A stretch of DNA of 63,911 bases, the filler included, from Reticulomyxa filosa (taxonomy: Eukaryota; Protista; Foraminifera), in NCBI GenBank assembly GCA_000512085.1. It is 20 parts of 20 records of this genome, joined end to end, with 100 filler letters (N's around TTAATTAATTAA, not from the genome) between each part and the next. Parts side by side here need not be neighbours in the genome. Positions count along the whole stretch, not along the records: positions 1 to 2,802 come from ASPP01004004.1; positions 2,903 to 4,096 come from ASPP01028845.1; positions 4,197 to 11,553 come from ASPP01007765.1; positions 11,654 to 13,239 come from ASPP01020057.1; 16 more parts are not named here. One strand, written 5' to 3'. The notes beneath the pieces were generated by a model. That model did not search any database. It saw only the letters and a program-made list of their open reading frames with translations, and was not told the DNA's origin. This document shows positions 1 through 12,235 of the stretch, piece after piece; position 1 is the first letter of the stretch, and each line of letters starts with the position of its first letter. Both the position numbers and the translations under genes were made by a program.

Positions 1-447
1 ATGACGATAAAATCAAATGTGATGATATAAATGAGTAGAGGTTTTTACAAATTAATTTTCAAATATAACACTTTTTGTTATAAGAAATCTTTTAATGAAA
101 AGACTTTTTTTGTGGTAATGCATGACTATTTTTCTTTCCTACAAAGTTTGAATTTTATTTGAATTTTTTTCATCATATGATTAGTGTTTGTGATAATCGT
201 TTTTACATTTAAATCACTCATACTGAAGATCCTCTTATCAAATGAGTTTTTCTTTCTACCACTGCATTCCATATTCGAATAGTTCCATCTAATAAAAATA
301 ATACAATTTTGAAAAAATTTTACACGAAATGATTCGTATACGCAACCTTTGAATAATTTATTGTAGTGTAAAATACCCTTTCTGCTTTTTGTTTAAAGAG
401 TCACGCCACATCATTCCGTTTTTTAAAAAAAACTACACATTAACAAC

Positions 448-1623
448 ATGGGTAATCGAACTACAACACAAAAACCTCCTGAAAGACAAACCGAGCAAAC
501 TGAACAAAGTCAACATCTTAATACCATCTTTCAAACTTTGAAGGAGTTGCCCACTTCATTTCGTCAGTCTCAATGTGTGGTACACAGACACGAAATCCTC
601 ATTTGTGGAGGTAGATATCAAAGAGCTTGTTATTCTTATCATACACTCAAAAATGAATACATGTTTATTTGTGAATATCCAAGTGATATCATATTGGATG
701 GATACTGTGTAGTGAAACTGGAAGATAACAACAACAATAACAGAAATGAAATCACTTTATTGTCTTTTGGTGGTGTATATAACCACACATCAGTAATGAA
801 ATATGTAAGCGTTTGGGATAATATATCAAAAAAATTAAATAAATTCAACAATTACAATAAATGGACTCCTTTTACAGACAATCAAAATAATCCAATTATC
901 ATTGGGAAAAATAATAGTTATTATTGGGGAGTGCGTGCAGTGATTGGTGGAAGCAACAATCATTTGTTATTTATCACTTGTCGGAAAAATAATATTAGTG
1001 TGTTTGATTTAAATACATTTCAATTTATTAAATATGACATTTTACCAACTGATTATTATATTGAATATCATTGCTTTGTATTAAAATCAAAAAATGGACA
1101 AGGACAAGAAATGATGAAAATAAATCAACAAAATTATCAAATGCTGTTGTTTTATAAAAATACAGGATTATCAATTGAATATAATGAAAATGACAACACT
1201 TTTCAATTTCATAAACTAACTGTTTGTGATGATTTTAAATCACTTATTGCATATGCATATGTGTGTATCAATGATGACATCTTGTTCTTTGGTGGATCTA
1301 ATGATAAGAATGTTGTTTCAAAATCAGTATACAAGTATTCAATTCGAGAAAAGAAATGGATGATATTTGAAAATACTTTGCCTAGTCCATTGAAAGATTG
1401 TACTGCAATATTGAATAAAGAAGACGATCATATATACATCATTGGAGGATTGGATGATAAAAATAAAACTATATCAGTCCACATGAGGACAAAAGTATGT
1501 GTATGGGATGTTTCACAGTTGGTAATTATTATTCATTATTGGATTCGAACTTTAAAGATAAAATTAGGATGGATTGATGATTTTGATAAAATTGTTGTCA
1601 TGTACAGTATAAATGAGATTTAA
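448..1623 (+). CDS. Kelch-like beta-propeller protein of a lineage-expanded family, with C-terminal WIRTLKIKLGWIDDFDKI module
   Basis: 391-aa ORF with repeated Kelch-type GG motifs (ILICGG, LLSFGG, AVIGG, ILFFGG, IYIIGG) and Y..W spacing; close paralog at 13340-14357. Confidence 0.85.
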   Translation: MGNRTTTQKPPERQTEQTEQSQHLNTIFQTLKELPTSFRQSQCVVHRHEILICGGRYQRACYSYHTLKNEYMFICEYPSDIILDGYCVVKLEDNNNNNRNEITLLSFGGVYNHTSVMKYVSVWDNISKKLNKFNNYNKWTPFTDNQNNPIIIGKNNSYYWGVRAVIGGSNNHLLFITCRKNNISVFDLNTFQFIKYDILPTDYYIEYHCFVLKSKNGQGQEMMKINQQNYQMLLFYKNTGLSIEYNENDNTFQFHKLTVCDDFKSLIAYAYVCINDDILFFGGSNDKNVVSKSVYKYSIREKKWMIFENTLPSPLKDCTAILNKEDDHIYIIGGLDDKNKTISVHMRTKVCVWDVSQLVIIIHYWIRTLKIKLGWIDDFDKIVVMYSINEI

Positions 1624-2802
1624 TGTAGATGTATATAGATAAATTTTTAAATATCTATAATCATGTCATCTTTAAATATGGATTTAATTTTTGTAAATTT
1701 TTAAAAATTTGACAGTTATGTTTGTCTTACAATTATAAAATTTGCCAACTTTTTTTAAGTATTTCCAAAAAATATTCATTTAATACTTTTAGTCTAAATA
1801 AGAGGATTTAACAAAATTGCTTGTGAAACAACGTGGTGGAATATTTTATTTTCAATTTAAGTGAATTTATTCACAAATATAAAAAAATATTTACTGAGAG
1901 AAGAGGTATCATCTCTAGTTTGAAAAGTAAAAATATAAATGGGAGAAAAAATTTTGATTTTTATGAATGTAATTTAGTTCAATTTGTTAAATAAATTTAC
2001 GTATACTAAAGAAGTTAAAAAAAAACAGGTCGAACACTGCATATCTGGTTTAAAATAGCAGAATCCACAGAAACAGGCAATGTTGTCGCTTTTTTAGCTG
2101 CAATGCTGACAATGTGGATCTTGCAATATTCTCTTACCAAATTAAAAAACAACTTTTCTATGTAGATCATGACGCTTTCCATTTGTTACTCTACATGATG
2201 ATTGGCAAACAATGATTTCTTGCATCAGTGTTGTTTTTAATGATATGAAACGCCTGTGTCCAATGTTTTGACTCATAGTTTGAATCGTACTATTTTACCT
2301 TTACATAAAATAGCAATCAGCAAAAGAAAGTAAAAAATTTTTGATAAACAGTCACAAAGCAACAATATGGCAATCCGTTTAATTGAGCAAATATTGTAAA
2401 CTCTGATTGGAATCATAATAGAAAAGAGATCACACATTACAGCCAAAAACCTCTTTACAAAGTTATCACATTATATGTCACACCAAATTTCCTTAAAAAT
2501 GCTTGTCATATTTGTAGAAATGTTTTTGCATTGAAAGTCCACAAAATGAAATTAAGTACTAAAGTTCAAAAATCTCGACAAAAATGAGACATTTCAATAG
2601 ATAAATATTGATTTAAAAATATTTTTGTTAATGTGCTTATTTCTGAGATGTATCAACATATTCAAAATAAAAGAATTGAATGTGTTGTGTTAAATGAATT
2701 TTGTACTTTATTATGTCAAAAATGAATTGTCTTGCTTAACATATATTCAAAATATTATCCATACCTAAAGGCACTATATGAAGAGAATCGATTTTCTCCA
2801 TG

Positions 2803-2902
2803 NNNNNNNNNNNNNNNNNNNNNNNNNNNNNNNNNNNNNNNNNNNNTTAATTAATTAANNNNNNNNNNNNNNNNNNNNNNNNNNNNNNNNNNNNNNNNNN
2901 NN
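2803..2902. other. Artificial contig-joining spacer (N44-TTAATTAATTAA-N44), first of 19
   Basis: Identical 100-bp spacers start at 2803, 4097, 11554, 13240, 21010, 22849, 25988, 28375, 31904, 33593, 40475, 44866, 46409, 48198, 50114, 51605, 56824, 61378 and 62564; TTAATTAATTAA gives stops in all six frames. Confidence 0.98.
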
Positions 2903-3088
2903 ATTCGATTTTGGGATATTCGATCAAATAAGAATGAATTGTATGTTATGAAAGTAAATGAAAAAGGAGATGATGAAGTGTGCTGTATTAGATTCGTGTC
3001 ATTAAAAAATAATAGAAGTAATATAAATAATTATGGACTTCATTTATGTTATGGTTCATGGAAAGGGCAAGTTCATGTTTGGGGATGA
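2903..3088 (+). CDS. C-terminal fragment of a WD40-repeat protein (5' end cut by contig edge)
   Basis: Reads IRFWDIRSNKNELYVMK...LHLCYGSWKGQVHVWG*; the IRFWDIRSNKN tail is nearly identical to the WD40 copy at ~13090-13239. Confidence 0.8.
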   Translation: MRFWDIRSNKNELYVMKVNEKGDDEVCCIRFVSLKNNRSNINNYGLHLCYGSWKGQVHVWG

Positions 3089-3296
3089 ATATAATTATTA
3101 AATTTTTTTGTCTTTTTTTTTTCAAAACAGTTTTTTGTCAAATAATTTTTTTTATAATTTTATTTTACTTTTTCCAAAGACATAAAATATCAAAAAATCG
3201 AATAATCAAATTTAAAAAAAAAAGTCAAAACAGACTTATTCTTGCTTTGATCTTTTTATGTATTTTCAATATATCACTTCAATATAATTTGACTAA

Positions 3297-3341
3297 TAAG
3301 ATATCGTTTTAGACAATCAGTTTTTTGTGCAACATACTGTA
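3297..3341. repeat. Diverged copy of a Tc1/mariner-like terminal inverted repeat end
   Basis: TAAGATATCGTTTTAGACAATCAGTTTTTTGTGCAACATACTG-TA resembles the copies at 22949-22992 and 53792-53836. Confidence 0.6.
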
Positions 3342-4199
3342 TTTTGAATATCAATTGTTTGTAAATTACTTTATGGATTTAAATCATCTTATTATTTTTT
3401 TCATTTTATCAAAGATTGACATAGTGAATTTGTTATGAAACGTCATTTTGACAATAGTACTTTTAATGCATTAAGACCACAAAGAAAGGGTTAAAAAATA
3501 AATGAAACACAATTTGTAGATATTTTTCTTATATGAAAAAAATAATTTTCACAAAGAATCACAATTATCTCTATAGGTAAAGTTTTAGGTATCAACTTTC
3601 TTTTTTATTCTACTGTGAAAAAAGAAAAGAGTTTTGTTTGGTGTTGATTGAAATAAGGAAAAAGATTATTATTGTTTAAGTCAAAAAATGCATTGACAGA
3701 CAGTGCGGGATATTTTGTCGGTCATGTAAGTGCCACTAATGTTTTGCAAGATACACAAACATCTCAAACTGATCAACGATGCATTTTACATTTTCATCCT
3801 TCCATGAGACAGGCCGAAGGGATATTTAGTTGTAATGTGTCATGGGTACTCCCCTTTAGACATTTCCATATTATATTCTCAAGACCTTACACTAATGTCA
3901 CGAACGCATGTAAAATGGTCCCCTGATGGTATTCTAGAATCGAGAGCGAAGATAACAATACCTAGGTTATATTATTAACATCGATGGTCTATGGTAGAGT
4001 GATTCGACCGGCTATGAGAATTTGTAAATTGTGGAATTATTCCATTGATATCAATTTTATTGGTTTACTGCTGAGAGTAATCGGTAATATTGGTATNNNN
4101 NNNNNNNNNNNNNNNNNNNNNNNNNNNNNNNNNNNNNNNNTTAATTAATTAANNNNNNNNNNNNNNNNNNNNNNNNNNNNNNNNNNNNNNNNNNNNTTT

Positions 4200-4230
<31 letters not shown>

Positions 4231-4241
4231 TTAAAAAAAAG

Positions 4242-6069
4242 TGTCATTAATGTGCATTCGACCGCATTAGTGGTGTTAGTGTTATCATTTTTCTTCACAA
4301 TCATGGACACGTGCCATTTCTGTTTTGTAAACATTGTATTTGTATTACCTTTTATTTTTCTGTTCCCACCCCTTTTTTTTTTTTTTTTTTTTGGATAGAA
4401 AATATATGTTGCCAATATTTTCTTTTCTTATTTTATATTATCCACTTCAATCAATAGTATGTCATACCAAAAAAAAAAAAAAAAAAAAAAAAGTGTTGAC
4501 GCGGCCATTGCAAGCATTGCTATGGGAAGTGACGATAGGGAATACGCAATCATATGTAGAGACGTTGCGGACGTGGACAGTGGTGCAAGGCTTGTCGCGT
4601 ATGTTAGGATATGCGGTGGTGGGCATATGGTTGGAATGGGACATCTTTGGTGACCGACTGAGCAATATAATTTGGATCTTTACCATTGGGAGCGTGATCG
4701 TGTTACTATCGGCTTGCATTTGCTTGTCATTGTCACCCAATCCAAGTGAAATCGCGTATTACTATGAAGACATCCCCACTTTGGAAACGCTCACGCACAC
4801 ACACGAGGCGTCGAAGAAATACGCCACAGGGATCACATTTCTCAAAAGCATCGATGATGACCCCGACCAGTACTCGGACGCCGAAATCAAAAACTTGCTT
4901 CTGAAAAAAGACGCCGTTGGCTCGCATCTGACACAGACACCAGAAGACGAAGAGCTTGTCGATGTCGCTCCTCCTTCCCACACCAATGAAAGCGAATACC
5001 AAGAAATCGGTCTCGATGACATCACACCTGTTCGAGAACACTCACAAGCCGAGGCTGAAGAAGAGTTTAGGAGTTATCTAAGCAAATTCTTTTTCAAATT
5101 TTATTATCAAACTTAATTTTTTTTTTTTTTAATTGCTAATATATGTACGTTTATATAATATATTAATTTATATATGTGTATGTGCATATACATATACATA
5201 TACTTATATAATCAACAGAGAACCACAAGATGAGTTTTATAAAGATTATATGAATAGCAGCAGCTTGACAGCAGTGTATTTGTTGTGGGCGAGCCACATC
5301 TTTGGATGGATTACTATGTGCAGCGTGGTGCTGTTTTGGACTTCGTTTTGTGCCATTGATGTGTACAATGGCGGCCCTAAGGCCGATACTAATTCCGACT
5401 CGTTTCACGACTTTGAGTCGGGTCTCACCTTTGGCGTCTTTGGCCTGCTGCTCATGGCCTTGGTACAAATCAACGCAAGCTTGTTATTCGATTCCCTTCA
5501 TTCCATTTCCAATACACGCAGCTTGTTTCTTGTAGGTCAGTTTTGTCTGCATTTCATTGGATAATATGCATATTATTCACATACACATATTCATATTACA
5601 TATAAATAAATATATATGTACATATATAATATTTGTATTTATATTTATATTTATATGTAACACGTGCACAGGAGAAATTGGAATGGGTTTGATTTGCGTA
5701 TCATTATGGGTAACGACAAGCAAAGTTGCATTATTAATCCTCATTGCAGTCTTTGGATTTTTTATTGAATTGCACTTACAAACATCTCAACGTTTAAGTC
5801 AAAATGAATTCCAACCATTGGTTATTGAATATAATAAGAGCTCTAATAAAAAAGTAATGCTCAACTATCTGATGGAATTGGAAAGTGCCCTTGGCCCTTT
5901 GTTTGTTAGTGCTTTTGGAGGACCTACTGTTTATTTTTGTCATAAGGATTTCAGTTATGCTTTCCTCGTCCCCGGCATTTTCATGCTCGTTTTGAATTTT
6001 ATCGTTCTTTGCATTTTTTGTGATTGCCTACCATGGAAGCTGCCCCCTTCGCGACAATCATATTACTGA
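4242..6069 (+). CDS. SLC45 / sucrose-H+ symporter-like MFS transporter, multi-exon, 5' partial
   Basis: Spliced reading DTCHFLLTRPLQALLWEV, WTVVQGLSRMLGY, HIFGWITMCSVVLFWTSFCAIDVYNGGP...FESGLTFGVFGLLL matches the SUT/SLC45 pattern; many TM segments and an acidic central loop; GT-AG introns near 4322-4493, ~5080-5218 and ~5536-5671. Confidence 0.75.
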
Positions 6070-6488
6070 TTTTGCAACATTCTCATTTCCAATTAAAAAT
6101 AGAATATATTATCATTTTGTTGATGTGTGTTGCAATGTTAGTGGAGTTACATAATTGTGAACAAGTAAAAGAAGGGAGGGAAGAGGTTAAGATACTTTTC
6201 TTGAGAAATTCATTTGCCAAAACAGAAAAACAATATTGGAAAAAATTTTGCTGTAGAACTAACAGGGAAGAGGTGTGTCCAGTTTATAAAAAAAAAAAAA
6301 TCAATTTTTTTCCCTTTTCGCACTTTTGTTTATTCCTCATGAATCTGTATTATTAAATTCTTTTCAACCATGTAACGAAAAAAAATACAAAACAAAATTG
6401 CAAAGGAAAAAAAAATGTGTGATTTGTGCAGATACAATATTTTTGTAAACACTACACAAATTGTCCAGTTTGATTGATTCTTAAAAAA

Positions 6489-7098
6489 TTATTCAACCAC
6501 GAGTCGAGTGTATTTTTTCATTAAATTCACATCTACTTCTTTGTGCTGTTTCATCATATTTTGAGCAGCCACTTCAGTGAAACCCTCCATTGCTTTACTT
6601 TTCCATTCTTCTGGGGTCATCGAGATTCGTTCTGATCGGACAAAGTCCAAATATCTTTGTCCTGCTCTTGCTCCTCTCCAGGTGCTAAACAATGCCCCAA
6701 ATCCTTTTCATTATTTTTGTTTTTGTTTTTGGTTTAATGATTTACTCATCTTCAAGCAAGAAGAAAGGGCCAAAAAAATAAGCAACAAACAAACCAAAAG
6801 TGGTATAAAGGTGAATGGTTGGATGAAATCCCGGGAATTTTCTATAAATGAGGAATGATAATCCACTCCCTACTGCAAATCCTTGCAAAAAACCAATCAT
6901 TTTGCCTCGTTTTATGTAACCATTCTTTTGAGATGCTACAAAGGCATCGTCCATGCGTACTGCACGACGGATTGGGTCAAAAGGATGACTCTCGCGTAAG
7001 ACTTCTTCTGCAGACACTTCTTTTTGTGTTGATGTTGTTCCTTCAGCATTCTCGTTCTTTGTCAAAGCCTCCCAGGCCGTTGGAGTACTTTGCAACAT
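6489..7098 (-). CDS. Small two-exon membrane protein of unknown function
   Basis: ORFs 6742-7098 and 6489-6692 join in frame via a GT-AG intron (LYTTFG/FGALFSTWRG); two Gly-rich hydrophobic segments. Confidence 0.55.
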
Positions 7099-8498
7099 TT
7101 ATAATTTTTTCTCTTCTTAAAGGTGTACCTTTTTTCTGTCTTTTAAGGTGAGGTTTTACTTAGCTTTTTTACTGGACAGTATCAATAAATAATCTTTTTC
7201 AGCCGCGTAGTAATCTCTACGTAAAGACAAGATCTTGCTAAGCGACGCTGAAACACTGAATTTCGTAAGAACATAACTCACTGTGTCTTTTGTCAAAATA
7301 AAAAACGAAATATTTGAAAATTTTTTAAGTTTGATATTAAAATGTTTACAATTGAAAATGTACAACAAAATCTGGTGTGATAATAAAAATACACCACAAA
7401 TGAGAATGGAGCAAAAGCTAAGCAATGCTTTGTTTAAGGATTTGGGCCACAACAAATGTATATATATCTTTTCAGGGCAACTAAACGCCAGACTTTCGCA
7501 ACTGAAAGTGCTGCCATTACGTGAAGAGGTAATAACAATAATCGCTCATTTCGCAATTACTATTTCTAATAATATCTCAGCATTTAATTTGAAAACGTTT
7601 AAATACTTAAACGTAACATTGTTTTTATTAATGACAGAAATTATAAATAGTTATTAAAAAATATATTCAAATGTGCTACATATGAATTTACTTTTCGCCG
7701 ATGAAATTGAATGGTTCCAAAACAAAATTGGCGATTACATGATATTATTTGTTCATTGATTGTCCTGGACAAATTTAGCTTTACAGTCAAGTCTTTTTTT
7801 TTTGCGAAGTTGTGATCCTTTTTTTTTATTACTTACGAAAAAGAGACTGGCTAAGCTAGCAACGCAATCATAACAACTAGTCACATCCCAGTGATGCCAA
7901 CGTTAGTGAAACTGTTAGGAAAAATGGGCTACCGAATGTGTTCACTGTGTTTACTGGGTTGCAATGTCCATAAAATATAATGGTGTGATCCACTTATAAC
8001 AGAATTGTTTGGATATAATTATCATTAATTTTTTTACAAAAGATACAAGATTGTTTAAAGTTTTGATAAATTTGCAATATCAAAAAGATTCAGTTTTGAA
8101 CAATGATAGTTTTATTTTCCACAACGAGATAGCAAAAAGAATAATAAAATAAAGCATTTCTTTACACTGGTTTATAAAGGTTTGCTTTGTTTATAGTTGT
8201 AAGTTTTCAAGAGTTTAATCTCCAGCTTGAATGATAGTTTACAATTTTTACTTGCTATTTCAAAACAAGTTATCAAAACGAACGACATCTTTTTGGAACA
8301 AAATCAGTACATTATATATGCTAAATCGAAATTATATAATGAATATTTAACAAAATTATATTATATAATTTATATTTTATATTCAACATAAAGTGGATAA
8401 TTGACTTTTGATTATTAACAACTTCAAAAAAAAATAAAACAAAAAAAAGTTTATTCAAAAACTTGGATAAAAAAAAGCAAAAGTTTTGTAAAACTTAC

Positions 8499-9433
8499 AT
8501 TTAAATATATCAACGTCGTAAACGCGACACCAAGTATATATTGCTTAAATGTTATAGTCACTAAATGTTCTTTAATCTTCAAATTGTTTTCAGTCAAATA
8601 TTAGTCGTTGTTGTTATTGAAGAATATATTAATTATATTGGATTTTATCTTTCAAATTTTGGATCGTGTCATTTTGTTCAACGTCCAATGTGATTGCTTA
8701 TCAGTTATAGTTTTCACAAAGATACATAAGAATATAATTTTATTTTGAACAAACAAATAAATAAGATTGAAAATAAAAAAAGATAAAAATAAACAACTTA
8801 CATTTAAATATAACCAATTATTAATCGCAACACTAAATGCAACACTACTTTCATTTTAGGTGTTGTAATCACTTAGGGTCCTTATATCTTCTAATTGCTT
8901 TCCAGCAAAGGTTAATTGTTGTTGTTATTGTATTATGCCTTCATTGTATTGAATCTTTGCATTGACGTTTTGGATCTTGTCATTGTGCTAAAAGTCTAAT
9001 GTAATATTTTTGACTGTCAATGTCTTTACGAAGCTATACGTTGTTTGTTTTTTTGCAAGTGTTTGGATTATATAAAATTCAACATCTTTTATGACAAACA
9101 AAAATTATTTATAAAAATATATACAATTTACATTTGCATGGCAATGCATCGTAATTGTAACACTAAATGCAATTTGCTTTCCTTTTGGATATTGTAATCA
9201 CTCAATGTTCAGCCATTATATAATTGATTTCCTGCAAAGATCAATCGTTGCTGCTCTGGTGGGATGCTTTCATTGTCTTGGATTTTGGCTTTCACGTTCT
9301 GGATCGTGTTGTTGGGCTCAAAGTCCCTGATTGTTTTTCGTGTTAAGGTTTTCACGAAGCTGTTCAGAATAAATGCAAATAATCATGTTCGTATTAAGAT
9401 ACGTTGCACAACATAATATACGCACATTTGCGT
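8499..9433 (-). pseudogene. Polyubiquitin pseudogene with three degenerate monomers, each with an intron in codon 3
   Basis: Exon 9359-9132 reads [74 protein letters not shown]; further monomers at ~9033-8802 and ~8721-8499; start codon is ACG at 9433; stops and frameshifts present. Confidence 0.92.
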
Positions 9434-9982
9434 CGATATTTTTTACTTTTCTTTTTTTTTGAACTAAGATGATCTTAAAAGCACAACAGACTTTTTTTTT
9501 AGAAAAATTTTCACCTCTTGGTCCCCTGTTTTTTTTCCCAGCAAAAATGTGTCGAAGAGTTGCAACATAAAAAGTAAAAAACTTTTTTGTTGATTCAATT
9601 AATTTAGCGACATTCATCACAAATTTCATAACGATTTTATAGTCGTTTGTTTTGTTTTTTTTTGTTTGTTTGAATTGCTGGAGTATATGAAAAAAAAAAT
9701 GGAACAAAAATGTGATGTTATCTAGCGTTCATGTTTATACAATAACTCTTTGACAAATAACATGTGAAAAAGAATACCCGACTATGAAGTAGTTTCAAGT
9801 CGCTAAAATTAGATGACATTCCACAATGCGTTCTTTCGCAAAGACAGAGAGACGAATATGATGAGAGCTCTCTCTATCTCTCTCTGATGAACACGTACAG
9901 AATAAAATTTAAAAAATAAATAAATTGTATATCTTTATGACTCCTTTTTTTGTTTTGTTTTTTGTTTTGTTTTTTTTTTGAA

Positions 9983-11490
9983 TCAACGGCGACTATATCT
10001 TGCCCGTCTATTCCATGACTGGTTGCTGTCACTGCATACTTGGCTCCAATTTCGTTTTCTCGAATCTTTTGTTGCATCGACTTTTTTAGAATCTTTGAAA
10101 TGAACAACGCCAGGCTTTTCAGCTCTATAATGCATAAGGACGGGGCGCCTCGGCATGTCTTTGTCAGTGCCATCGAACATTTCGTGATAGCCGCAATAAG
10201 CAGAGATTCGCATGGAGTACTCCAAAAGTACTTGAATTTCGTTATACGTCAGCTCATCAAATCCACAAAAAACAAAGTACTGATTCCAGCCGCGACTGCC
10301 ATCGTGCAATATGTAATCGCACGTTTGTCTGAGTTGCTGCTTGAGTTGCAAAGTCGGTCTTCCCAATCTGCGATGGAAGGAATTGAGTTGTCTCAAAAAA
10401 TTGTCCTTACTTTCGCCAGCGATGCCACCGACCGCAACGTCTTCGCATGGTTCATTGACGTGAGTCATGAACCACACTTGAAACATGATCAGTCGACGAC
10501 TGACAGTGGTTGCATCCAGGGACCTTTCCAATCGATCAACGATCCTTGAGCAAGTGTTCAATTGATTGAATCTCTTAGTGATCCATAAGGCATTCCTCGA
10601 GAGTGACTCCAAAATTAACTCTCGTCCCACATCGTTCCAAGTGAAATCACTTATCAAAATATAGATAAGAAACACGCCTAAATCCGAAACATGTCCTTTG
10701 AGACGACAATTTGGATCTTTAATGAATGCACCAACTTTTTTATTTGCCAATTGCTTCATGCCAGGATTTCGATATACCAACCACAATAACAGATGATACA
10801 AGCTCACATAGCCAAGCAAAGCTTTTTCACAAAGTTGCAACGAGATTGAATTCGTCGTCGCTATATTCGAATTACTACTACCTTCAGTTTGCTCAAACAC
10901 AAATTCCACTACCATTGAATTCATTATAGTGGCAATGCATTCGATCATTGACTCTTCTTTTTTCCACTTTCCTTCGTTTACGGAATTCAACCACAATTTC
11001 TTCAAATATGTTTCGATTATATCACTAATCCTGGCTCCATGTTCTTTGTTTATCACCAATGGCAGAAAGTGGGTCAATGTCTCCCCCCACACCCCCGTTC
11101 GCACGCCGTCGTTCATCCACGCATTCAAAGACATAAAGTCCATTTGACTTTTGAATTGCATCCGTCCATTCTTCTTGTCTTCGATGCGTTCGAAACCAAC
11201 GCCTAAAATAACATCTGGATGGGACAGCCTTTGCTTTGTGAAAAAGCAAGCAATTTCATTTCTTTCGAATATGTTGTAATCGAGTATTATGCTGTGCCAT
11301 CGACGGCATACTTGGAACATCTTATGCATCTCTGGCACTTCCAAGAGCTCAAATATCATTACGTATATCTCGTCAATTATTTTCTTATCTTTATCAAATG
11401 CATCTTTGCTTTTTTCGTCCTTTTTCTCGTCTTTTTCTTTGTTTTTGTTGTTTTCGGACTGTTCTTGTGTCTTGGATTCCTGATTTGGTT
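9983..11490 (-). CDS. F-box-like protein with the conserved C-terminal domain seen in fungal/protist UBC-fusion proteins (5' end unclear at contig edge)
   Basis: IIDEIYVMIFELLEVPEMHKMFQVCRRWHSII fits the F-box consensus; downstream motifs CFFTK..LGVG, FLPLVI, EKALLGY..YHLLL, DLGVFL, ESLSRNALW, SRRLIMFQ, GYH. Confidence 0.65.
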
Positions 11491-12235
11491 TTCATTTGAT
11501 TTTGTCAGTTGGTTCAATGTCCAAAAGCCTTTTTTTGTTTGTTTGTTTGTTTGNNNNNNNNNNNNNNNNNNNNNNNNNNNNNNNNNNNNNNNNNNNNTTA
11601 ATTAATTAANNNNNNNNNNNNNNNNNNNNNNNNNNNNNNNNNNNNNNNNNNNNTGAAATGAAGTGCGGCCGAGTGGTAATACAACAGATGAACATTCCAG
11701 AAATGCATTCAGTGAAAGTTGATTTATCTAGCCGTAAGGCTACGATTGAGATTATTCCACTTTCTGCAGACCCGCAAAAGGGACTAGAAAAAGTACATAT
11801 AATAATTGAATTACGTACTTCACAGCATTTGTTTATATAATAAATCAGTTTGCACAATGCACTACAAAAAAAATTAAAAATAATCAATTATGGAGGCATC
11901 TCCAAGAAAAGGTGACGATCTAAAAGTTCAACCGCAATTTGTAGACAACGAACGGCATCCAAAAAACTTGGAGTCATTGCTTTATCACATTGTGACGAAT
12001 AAAGTGTTAAAGTAAGAGTTTGCATTTTGTGTTTGACAGACGACAAATAGAAGATGTTCCACTTTCTGGAAGCGTCACGCAAGCATTGGAAGAGTTTAAC
12101 CATGACAATCAAGCTTTACATAATATGAACAGCTTCGTATCTTTGAATGCTAACGAAGATAAAAAAGATAATACCAAAAATACTCAATTATCAGAATACA
12201 AATTATCTACAGTCGACTTTCCTTCATTTACATCA

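Noticed and set aside
3690-4096. GC-richer segment with a minus-strand PIKLISME similar to the kinesin-like IKLSAME
   Set aside because: The match is too short and the surrounding translation shows no further similarity
7530-7860. Very degenerate Kelch-family relic (NNISAFNLKTFKY)
   Set aside because: Only one short motif; boundaries cannot be supported
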